NCBI GenBank assembly: GCA_949287505.1
Contig: CASEGX010000010.1
Coordinates: forward strand, 3,297-67,296
DNA: 64,000 bases
DNA from: an uncultured Spirochaetales bacterium
Lineage (GTDB): Bacteria; Spirochaetota; Spirochaetia; Sphaerochaetales; Sphaerochaetaceae
Direction of reading: 5' to 3'
A model generated the notes under the pieces. The model searched no databases. It saw only the letters and a list, made by a program, of their open reading frames with translations, and was not told the origin of the DNA. Positions 46,359 through 59,316 of the stretch are shown piece after piece. The position numbers were made by a program, and so were the translations under genes. How positions within the stretch are numbered: the first letter of the stretch is position 1; each line of letters begins with the position of its first letter.

Positions 46359-46474
46359 ACTGCAATGCTCCCATGCTGTGGCTGTAAATGGAAGGGATAT
46401 TATCATGCAGTGAAACAGCGCCCAGGTGATTTCATATATATTTATCTTTATATCATAAGAAGTTGCTGATTTAT

Positions 46475-46504
46475 TTGCGTCGGGTTATCCAGTCGTGATA
46501 TAAT
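46475..46504 (+). promoter_or_regulatory. promoter TTGCGT-18 nt-(TGa)TATAAT for the c-di-AMP receptor gene
   Basis: Extended -10 seen in the sequence. The 20-nt leader contains AAGGAG. Confidence 0.5.
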
Positions 46505-46524
46505 ATCCGAAAAGGAGAAAACGA

Positions 46525-46854
46525 ATGAAGCTCATTCTTTCTATCATTCAGACTGCAGATGAGACCGATACGGTGCAGGAGCTCAACAAGAAGGGCTTTT
46601 TCGTCACTAAGCTATCTACTACAGGTGGATTTCTGAAAGCAAAGAATACTACGCTGCTTATAGGTACAGAAGATGAGAAAGTGGATGCAGTGCTTGATGT
46701 GCTGAAAAAATATGCAGGTCACAGGATGCAGCTCAGCCCTGTTTCCGGTGCGGATATGAGAATGTTCAATCCAGCTGGAGCGAATATGGTTGAAGTCCCT
46801 GCCGGTGGCTGTGTCGTGTTCGTCCTCGATATAGACAAAGCTCAGAAATTCTGA
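46525..46854 (+). CDS. darA: PII-like cyclic-di-AMP receptor (DarA/PstA family)
   Basis: MKLILSIIQ...VTKLSTTGGFLKAKNTTLLIGTEDEKVD matches the DarA/PstA pattern. 109 aa. Confidence 0.88.
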   Translation: MKLILSIIQTADETDTVQELNKKGFFVTKLSTTGGFLKAKNTTLLIGTEDEKVDAVLDVLKKYAGHRMQLSPVSGADMRMFNPAGANMVEVPAGGCVVFVLDIDKAQKF

Positions 46855-46863
46855 GAAAGATGG

Positions 46864-46889
46864 TCCCTGCCTCCTTTGAGAAGCAGGGA
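46864..46889. terminator. bidirectional terminator TCCCTGC-12 nt-GCAGGGA
   Basis: 7-bp stem followed by TTTCTCATGCCTTTT. It lies between convergent genes. Confidence 0.55.
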
Positions 46890-46906
46890 TTTCTCATGCC
46901 TTTTCA

Positions 46907-49321
46907 TCAGTCAAGATACTGCGTGCGGTCGTCCACAGCCTCATAATGAAGAACACACTTACCATCCACATCAAGATTGAGAGACTCTGGAGAGAAGGAA
47001 GGATTGAGTGCGACAGATGATGCGATGAACTCATCAAAGCTCATATCCTCTTTCTTCCCTGCCCTTACAAAATAGGCCGCCTTTCTCTCATGAAGTCTCA
47101 GCTCAGAAGAGGCAATCTCGTCGTCATAGCCCTGCATTTCACCGCTTGCCCAGATTGCAAGATAGCCTTTGTTCTCTGCAAGGAAGATCCAGGAGCCAAT
47201 CTTTCTGTGTTCTGCGAACCTGAAGAACGGAATATAGAGATGAGTGAAACCGACAGGATGGTTTTCAGGAATCACGTAAATTGCTGAAAGCATTCCATTC
47301 TCAGCCTTCACAGCCGGCATCACGCCGTTTCCATTCCAGTATCCTGGTCTCAGCTCTGCATCTTCCGATGTCGTACCAGGATGATTCACGAAAACAAGAG
47401 CGGACGATGAGAGCGCGGCACTCCACATGTGCTGCTGATAGCCATACACACCTGGCTGGAAGCAGGATGTACCATGGAAACACTCATTGAGTGATTTCAC
47501 GAAGTGATTATCCTCAGCATCGACAGATTCATCATCCATTGTGTTCTTCCATCGTCTGAAGCCCTCATCGGTGCGTGGCGATTCGACTGCAGTGAGCATG
47601 TAGCTGTCATTCTTCTCGATATATACCAGTGCATTGCCTGTTGAATACTTCACTGTCAGAGGTTTTCTGATGACCTCTCCCAGGCCGGAGGGGAAAGCAT
47701 AGGAGCTGGTTGCCATGAAAGCAAGCCACCCTTCGCCATAAGCATAAGCAGCCTCCCCATCGATGGCACTCATAAGGGCCGCAACACACTCTCTGTATGG
47801 ATAGATAACACCCCTATATACCCTGCCCATCGGAGCAATGACAGCACCGTCGAATGTGCTCTCTGCAAGCATCGTGAGAATCGTGTCCGCAACCTTTCTG
47901 GCTTTGTCGGAGATATCTTTCCTGCAGTAATCAATCACATTGAGAAGCACTGCATATGTAACACACATGTATGTGGAACTGAGGAATTCCTCATAGCCGT
48001 TTGCAAGCACATCATCGAGCCACTCGTCAACTCTTCTCTCTCCATATTCATGGAGTTCCTTTCCCGTCATTCCCGCTCTCTCAAAATAGAGATCAGGGAA
48101 AAGTTCTCCAGCATCGCAGGCAGAGTAATAGAACATCAGAGAATGGTTTTCAGACCAGAAGCACATTCCATCTGCACCCTTCATCGTCATCCAGTAACGG
48201 AATGACGTCAGGGCATCCACAGCCTCTTTCCTGACACTCTCGGGCATTCCATATTCATGGATGTATCTCAGAAGTCCACAGACAAGGAAATCAGAGCAGT
48301 CTCCCCTTCTTTTGATCAGGTGGATATCATCCAGCAGAAGCTCATCCTCATCCGGCCGCTCGATGCCAAGATACTTTCTTGCAAGGATCGAGAAAATGGC
48401 AAATCCATGGTCTCCACGGTCAAGCATGCGGACAGATCCGATCCTGCGGAGAATCTCATCAAACCGCTCTTTTGAAGAAAGACCGGAAGGAAGATACTCC
48501 GGAACAATGCGCTCAGAGAACTCGAACGATCTCTTCATCCCATCAATCGTGACAACAGCCTTCTCAAAATCAACGGGAACCGAAACAGAAGAGAGCCCTG
48601 AAAGATCCATTTCATGGATGGATTCTTCCTTCATGCAATAATCATCGGTATGCGTTGAATAGGAAAGTACAGAACCTTCAGGAGCCGAAACGGGAAAATC
48701 CAGGGTCCCCTTTCCGATTCTTATGCCATCGAGAAAAGCTGCAGCTCTGTTATACTTTTCCTCTATGGATTCATCAGGAATACCCGATGATACGCCTTTG
48801 CCTCCGATAATCTGGAATGCAAGCATGTTCCTTGTGTCCCTGACACCAAGATTGTCAGAGACGAAAACGATATCATTACGGCCCTTTTTCAGGGACATGC
48901 TGAACCTGACGCTCTCAATCGGTTTGTAGACAGGATATTTTATCTCAGATATGAGCTTGCCATTCACATATACCCCGGTAGACATATAGGTCCAGAGAAC
49001 GGCTTCAACACTCTGCTCCGTGTCTGATATCAAAGTAGTTGCCGTATACATCCTGACTCTGTTGAGTACTGAATAGAATGCTGATCTGTCGACAAAGATG
49101 CTGCCATGTGAATAGTAAGGCTCCCAGATGGCATTTCCTATGGCCTTTCCGGACTCTATTGAAAGAGAGGGAAGGACGGACGGCTTCTCGGTGGAAATCG
49201 CCTTTCTCAGCCTTGATTCAAGTCTGAGCTGGTTTCTGTCCGTCATACTGGATTGATAATCCTCTGCAGAGATTGCAGAGAGATAGCTCATCACAAAACC
49301 GTCACGGTTCAAAGCACGCAT
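46907..49321 (-). CDS. 804-aa uncharacterised cytoplasmic protein, candidate glycan-active enzyme
   Basis: Long intact ORF with GAGG 5 nt before the ATG. I recognised no signal peptide and no family. It sits at the distal end of the sugar ABC operon. Confidence 0.75.
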   Translation of the reverse strand: MRALNRDGFVMSYLSAISAEDYQSSMTDRNQLRLESRLRKAISTEKPSVLPSLSIESGKAIGNAIWEPYYSHGSIFVDRSAFYSVLNRVRMYTATTLISDTEQSVEAVLWTYMSTGVYVNGKLISEIKYPVYKPIESVRFSMSLKKGRNDIVFVSDNLGVRDTRNMLAFQIIGGKGVSSGIPDESIEEKYNRAAAFLDGIRIGKGTLDFPVSAPEGSVLSYSTHTDDYCMKEESIHEMDLSGLSSVSVPVDFEKAVVTIDGMKRSFEFSERIVPEYLPSGLSSKERFDEILRRIGSVRMLDRGDHGFAIFSILARKYLGIERPDEDELLLDDIHLIKRRGDCSDFLVCGLLRYIHEYGMPESVRKEAVDALTSFRYWMTMKGADGMCFWSENHSLMFYYSACDAGELFPDLYFERAGMTGKELHEYGERRVDEWLDDVLANGYEEFLSSTYMCVTYAVLLNVIDYCRKDISDKARKVADTILTMLAESTFDGAVIAPMGRVYRGVIYPYRECVAALMSAIDGEAAYAYGEGWLAFMATSSYAFPSGLGEVIRKPLTVKYSTGNALVYIEKNDSYMLTAVESPRTDEGFRRWKNTMDDESVDAEDNHFVKSLNECFHGTSCFQPGVYGYQQHMWSAALSSSALVFVNHPGTTSEDAELRPGYWNGNGVMPAVKAENGMLSAIYVIPENHPVGFTHLYIPFFRFAEHRKIGSWIFLAENKGYLAIWASGEMQGYDDEIASSELRLHERKAAYFVRAGKKEDMSFDEFIASSVALNPSFSPESLNLDVDGKCVLHYEAVDDRTQYLD

Positions 49322-49338
49322 AAAAACCTCAAAACAAT

Positions 49339-49354
49339 GGGGGCCGCAGCCCCC
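49339..49354 (-). terminator. terminator GGGGGC-tgcg-GCCCCC after the permease gene
   Basis: On the minus strand it is followed by ATTGTTTTGAGGTTTTT. Confidence 0.6.
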
Positions 49355-49360
49355 AGTCTC

Positions 49361-50227
49361 TTAACCCTTCACAGCACCGGCTGTAGAGCCGCTCATGAAG
49401 TTCTTGTTGAATATGATATAGATAATAAGCATAGGGACAACGGCAATCGATGCACCCGCGAACATTACGTTCCAAGCAGCGGCGCCACCACCTGTTGCCT
49501 TGAGCATATTAACACCTACAGTAAGCGGTCTGAGGTTATCCCTTGCCATTGTGAATACAAGAGGCATGATGTACTCGTTCCATCCCTGGCGGAAAGAGAG
49601 AAGAGCAATCGTTCCCATGACAGGCTTCAGAACAGGAAGAATAATCCTGATGAATGTCTGGAAGAACGTACAGCCATCAATCTTTGCAGCCTCATCAAGC
49701 TCGCGTGGAACGGAGTCGACAAATCCTCTTGAGAGGAAGATGTATGTCGCCTGTCCTGTTCCTACGGAAATCAGGATGATCGGAAGAAGGCTCTCATTGA
49801 GATGAAGCATTGTTGCAAGCTCATAAAGAGGTCTGATTGATACAGAACCAACATTGATGAACATGAATGCGACAAAGACTCCGTAGATGAGATTCTTTCC
49901 AGGGAAATGGCTGCGTGAGAATACATAACCGGCCATTGTGGATATAAAAAGCGAGATAAGCATGACACAGACAGAGATGACGACACTGTTCCATGTGTAT
50001 GTAGCGAACTTCGCACCTGTCCAGGCCTGGACATAGTTCTCAAAATGCCACTGGGACGGGAAGATGTTTGAACCACCGACAAGGAGCTCAACATTGCTCT
50101 TGAAAGAACCAAGGACAATGTAGACGACGGGGAAGATTGTCAGAATCGCAAGGAAAAGCATCAGACACCAGATCACAGCCATGATGGCTTTCTGCTTTCC
50201 GGACATTACAGCTCTGGATTTTTCCAT
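49361..50227 (-). CDS. carbohydrate ABC transporter permease (MalG-like)
   Basis: EAA loop DEAAKIDGCTFFQTFIRIILP. Confidence 0.92.
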   Translation of the reverse strand: MEKSRAVMSGKQKAIMAVIWCLMLFLAILTIFPVVYIVLGSFKSNVELLVGGSNIFPSQWHFENYVQAWTGAKFATYTWNSVVISVCVMLISLFISTMAGYVFSRSHFPGKNLIYGVFVAFMFINVGSVSIRPLYELATMLHLNESLLPIILISVGTGQATYIFLSRGFVDSVPRELDEAAKIDGCTFFQTFIRIILPVLKPVMGTIALLSFRQGWNEYIMPLVFTMARDNLRPLTVGVNMLKATGGGAAAWNVMFAGASIAVVPMLIIYIIFNKNFMSGSTAGAVKG

Positions 50228-50238
50228 ACTCTACCCCC

Positions 50239-51162
50239 TTACATCACATCGTCAAGCTTACGTGCTATACGCTGGTAAGCAATCGTGACGATACCGACAA
50301 TGATAGCCGCAACAACGGAAAGGAGTGCACCATAACCGATCTGAGGCTGAGTCATATTTGTCAGACCTGAACCGAAGATCATGTTGTAGATATAGAGGAA
50401 CATGACCATCGATCTGTTGCCAGGACCACCCTGTGTGAGAACCATGATTGCCTCATAATCCTTGAACGCACCAGTGATTGCAAGCATGAGAACAACCTTG
50501 AGGATCGGGCTGAGCATCGGAAGTGTTATCTTGAAGAATGTCTGTACGCCATTTGCGCCATCGATCTTCGCAGCTTCATAAACATCCTCGGAGATGACGT
50601 TCATACCTGTGATGAAGTAAAGCATGTAGTTTCCGAAACCACCCCAGACAGCAAGGACTGTGACAGCACTCATTACATGATCAGGGCTTGTAAGCCACTG
50701 AACCGGTGCATTCATTCCCAACGCCATGAGGATTCCGTTGAGAATACCATTCTGAGTTGCGAAAATGAATGTGAAGATCATACCGGAAATCGAGGAGCTT
50801 ATGACTGTAGGCATGAAATATACAGCACGGAACACCGATGTTCCCCTGATCTTCTGATTAAGAAGAACCGCACATACAAGAGCAAGTGGAATTATGAACA
50901 CAAGCTTGTAAAGCGCATATTCGAATGTATGACCGACACTCGTCCAGAATGTCGTATCGGCAATCATTCTCGTGAAGTTCCTGGCACCTGTGAAATGGGC
51001 GGTGAATCCGTTGTAGTCATAGCAGACATAACGGAACATCCACAAGAATGGATATATTGAACAGACCAGAAGGAGAAGAACTACAGGGGAAAGCATCAGA
51101 ACTGCTGCAATCCTGTCTTTCTTATCTTCCTTCTTAATCATTTTGGGTGATTTACTTGGCAT
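50239..51162 (-). CDS. carbohydrate ABC transporter permease (MalF/LplB-like)
   Basis: EAA loop YEAAKIDGANGVQTFFKITLP. Confidence 0.92.
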   Translation of the reverse strand: MPSKSPKMIKKEDKKDRIAAVLMLSPVVLLLLVCSIYPFLWMFRYVCYDYNGFTAHFTGARNFTRMIADTTFWTSVGHTFEYALYKLVFIIPLALVCAVLLNQKIRGTSVFRAVYFMPTVISSSISGMIFTFIFATQNGILNGILMALGMNAPVQWLTSPDHVMSAVTVLAVWGGFGNYMLYFITGMNVISEDVYEAAKIDGANGVQTFFKITLPMLSPILKVVLMLAITGAFKDYEAIMVLTQGGPGNRSMVMFLYIYNMIFGSGLTNMTQPQIGYGALLSVVAAIIVGIVTIAYQRIARKLDDVM

Positions 51163-51224
51163 CTGTCCTCCCTTTATTCAAGAATGGGGAGCCTGAAGCT
51201 CCCCTTAGCAATTATCCTCGGAGA

Positions 51225-52595
51225 CTATTCTGTCAGATACTCTGGTGTTCCGAGATTTGGATGAAGCGGATCATAATCCTTGATTACAAGTCTTGTAGCA
51301 GAACCGGATGCAACATCTGCATCGAGTGCTTCATTGTAGCGCTTGTTGAGATCAGCGATAGCCTCATCGATATCAACATAACCCATTACTGCATTCCAAA
51401 GTACTGTGCGGTAGTCATCGCCAGAGAGGTTTACAGCTGGAGGTGCCGGGTAGACTGTCTCATATGGCTTGAGAGCGAAGTCTGCGAGGCGTCCTGTCTT
51501 GGAGCTGTCAATGACAGAAGCCATGTACTCTGTTGATGGGAGGCAGTAACCTGCTTCGAGGTATCCCTTGAGGAAGTCTTCTGACTGGAAGAACTCGATT
51601 ACCTTCCATGCCTCATCAGGATGCTCGGTGGAGGAGATGATACCCCAGCCCTTCGACGGTGTTGTGATAAGAGCACCTTCTACCTCTCCTGTGAGTGTAG
51701 GAACCTCTGCAACTCCCCACTCGAATCCCTGAACAGGAATCTGCTCTGTGAATACAGCTGCCTCCTGGGAAGCATTTGACCAGAGAGCGAACATTCCGAC
51801 AGAGAAGAGAGCACGCATGTTGTCTACACCCTGCTGATCAGGATATGCGATATTCTCTGTGAAGAATCTTCTTCCCAGCTCGAGAATCGGCTTGTAGTCG
51901 GAGAAATCGAAGCGGCCATTTACATAGTCATAGTAGTAGATACCTGACATCTGTGCAGACATCTCGAGAAGTCTCTCGAATGGGGAAGCATTTGTGAATC
52001 CGATTCCGTAGAATACGTTGTTTCCCTGCGCTGTGATGTCCTTTGCCATATCGATATAGGCTTCAAGAGTCTTAGGAATCTCTGTGTATCCGCACTGCTC
52101 GATGAGGTCCTTGTTGTAGATGACACGAACACCGGATCTCATTCCGGAAGGTACCCAGTAAACAAGACCGTTCTTTGCGTTTGTTCCCTCATAAATCTGA
52201 TTATAAGGATCGTTTACCTTCTGATACTCAGATGAACTCTCGATGAAATCATTGAGCGGCATTGCGATTCCTGTATCGACAATCATGTTGATAGGAATAG
52301 CATTGATACCTGCAACATCCGGAGCTGTTCCACCAGCAAATGCCATCTGGAGCATGTTGCGGAAGTTATCCGAGATGATAGTAAGGTTGATCTGGATATT
52401 GTCAGTATTGGTTGCATTATACTCTGCAACCTTTGCTTCGACATATTCCATATCGTGTCTGTCTTCTGACCAGACCTCTATAACTGTCTTTCCATCAGCT
52501 GATGATGACTCGCTGGATCCACCTGCGAATACAGGGCCAAGGAAAAGTGACAGGATCAATCCTGCAAGGAGAAGCGTCTTTGCTGCTCTTTTCAT
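51225..52595 (-). CDS. extracellular sugar-binding protein of the ABC transporter
   Basis: Signal peptide, Ser-rich linker and family-1 SBP length (456 aa). Confidence 0.88.
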   Translation of the reverse strand: MKRAAKTLLLAGLILSLFLGPVFAGGSSESSSADGKTVIEVWSEDRHDMEYVEAKVAEYNATNTDNIQINLTIISDNFRNMLQMAFAGGTAPDVAGINAIPINMIVDTGIAMPLNDFIESSSEYQKVNDPYNQIYEGTNAKNGLVYWVPSGMRSGVRVIYNKDLIEQCGYTEIPKTLEAYIDMAKDITAQGNNVFYGIGFTNASPFERLLEMSAQMSGIYYYDYVNGRFDFSDYKPILELGRRFFTENIAYPDQQGVDNMRALFSVGMFALWSNASQEAAVFTEQIPVQGFEWGVAEVPTLTGEVEGALITTPSKGWGIISSTEHPDEAWKVIEFFQSEDFLKGYLEAGYCLPSTEYMASVIDSSKTGRLADFALKPYETVYPAPPAVNLSGDDYRTVLWNAVMGYVDIDEAIADLNKRYNEALDADVASGSATRLVIKDYDPLHPNLGTPEYLTE

Positions 52596-52727
52596 ATTGC
52601 CTCCTCTTTTATTGTTACGACATTATTATATGACTATATCGATGTTAAAAGCGGATTTTCTTTCATTAAAGGACACTTTCCAGTTTCTTCAGGACAGATT
52701 CATATGAAAAGTGCATGACATATGCGC

Positions 52728-52733
52728 TATAAT
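52728..52733 (+). promoter_or_regulatory. -10 hexamer TATAAT 6 nt before the response-regulator ATG
   Basis: Seen in the sequence. The -35 is weak (ATGAAA, 18-nt spacer) and there is no SD. Confidence 0.4.
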
Positions 52734-52739
52734 GTCAGT

Positions 52740-54280
52740 ATGGATGCACCTTATCTGACAGCAATACTCGCAGATGATGAACCCGCAATCACCGAAGGAT
52801 TATCTTCCCTTCCAGTATGGAAAGAGCTTGGCATCAACGTGATAGCCACCGCATCTTCCGGAAAGGAAGCCCTGCAGAAGATCGTATCCCTCCGTCCGGA
52901 TTTCGCCATCATGGATATCATGATGACAGGAATGACGGGACTGGATGTGCTTGAGAACCTGGAAGCGGCATCTACAGATACGGATATCATAATACTCAGC
53001 GGATACGGGAATTTCGAATATGCCCGGAAAGCCCTGAAGTTCCAGGCAAAGGCATATCTCCTGAAACCGGTGGATGCGGATGAGCTGAGGGAGACGCTTC
53101 TTTCGCTTGTGAAGAAACGCACGGATGAAGAATCGGGGGCATCGCTTACTGTAAGCAGATCGACGCTCAATGATCTGGCAGAAGGGAAGATCCTGGATAC
53201 AGAGGCTGTATCACGCATGCTCACATCGGGAAAAGATGGGCTTTCGGACGGAACGTGCTTTTCCATGATATTCTCCTTCTCATCCCCAATGAAGGAAGGA
53301 ACGCTCTCTGTACTTGAGAATACAACGAAAGGTATCAGAAGATTGCTCTGGAACAAGGATCAGAAGACAATCCGGGCCATCTTCAGTATCTCAGAGAAGA
53401 CTCCGTTCGAAATTGCAGAAGAGTGTCTCAGGGCCCTGGGAGAGAAAGGCCTTGACCTTCCCCGTATTGCAATCGGGAATACCGTCGGACGCCCCGGAGC
53501 CATAGCATCCTCATTCTCGAGGGCCGCAATGGCACTTTCGTATCAGCTGTATGATGAGTATGGAAGGATTTTCACATCCGAGATGATTGCGAGCACCCCT
53601 CCTGAATACAAACCGGCAGACAGGGATGTCGAGCCTCTTGAGGAATATATACTGAATAATGACAAGGACGGCATCCAGAGCTACTCCGTCTCATTCATCA
53701 AGACACTGCTTGGGAAAACACTGCCTCCCCCGAATTATGTATACAGCATCACGAACTGGCTTATACGGGAAATCGGGAACAGGCTGAAGGAGCTGATCAA
53801 TACATCGGCACTGCTTCCTGAGGCGCCGGATATAACAAAATACCGGACAATACCCGCCCTAGAGGAAGGACTCACGGACCTCTTCTGCCGCATCGCCACA
53901 TACATCGATGCAGTCTACGGCAAGGAAGAGGCAAGGAGGAGACTCAAGGGAGAAAACGGAAGTGATGAGATCATCCAGAAGATGATTGCATATATAAATG
54001 AACACACAGAAGAGCAGATCAGGCTTGAGGATGTCGCCTCACTTGTCAATCTCAGCCCATCCTATGCCGCCATATACTTCAGGAAGAAGACTGGTACGAC
54101 ACTCAGGGAATTCATGCTTCAGAGAAAAATGGAGGATGCAAGGAAGAAGCTTCTGGAGAAAGAGGCATCCGTGACCGATATAGCATATAATCTCGGCTAC
54201 CATGATTACAGATCATTTTCACGTGCCTTCAAGAACATAACCGGTATGACTCCTTCGGAATTCCAGGACAGAAACCTGCA

Positions 54281-54284
<4 letters not shown>
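52740..54284 (+). CDS. response regulator with AraC-type HTH output (YesN-like)
   Basis: Receiver domain (ILADDEP, FAIMDIMMTGMTG) and a C-terminal AraC HTH (YNLGYHDYRSFSRAFK). Confidence 0.92.
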
Positions 54285-58948
<4,664 letters not shown>

Positions 58949-59071
58949 CTAGCATAATCGGGAGATTATTAGCAGGATATATACCAATTCTGGCAATATA
59001 CGGTAAGAAAATGTCACGTCTGAAGCAGAATATGCCCTGTCGTCTCCGTTTCTTTGTTATATGATAAAATC

Positions 59072-59308
59072 ATGGAAGAATATATCGTCAAAACGCTCGC
59101 TCCAAAGCTGAGAGGCGATGGTGGCTGGGTAGAATTTGTATCCTATGAGAACGGAAATCTAAGGCTTGTCTTCAGAGGCGAATGCTCCAAGTGCCTGATT
59201 CTTGACAGATGCACAGCCTGGATGGAAAAGGAAATCCTCCGCGACCTCGGAGAGACAGTACACATCGAAGCAATCCGCAAGAAGCCCTATTTCTGGGACA
59301 TGGCATAG
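59072..59308 (+). CDS. NifU C-terminal-domain (Nfu-like) small protein
   Basis: Sequence GDGGWVEFVSYENGNLRLVFRGECSKC with a CxxC motif. ATG 59072 lies 8 nt after TGtTATATG. Confidence 0.75.
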   Translation: MEEYIVKTLAPKLRGDGGWVEFVSYENGNLRLVFRGECSKCLILDRCTAWMEKEILRDLGETVHIEAIRKKPYFWDMA

Positions 59309-59316
59309 GAGGAATC

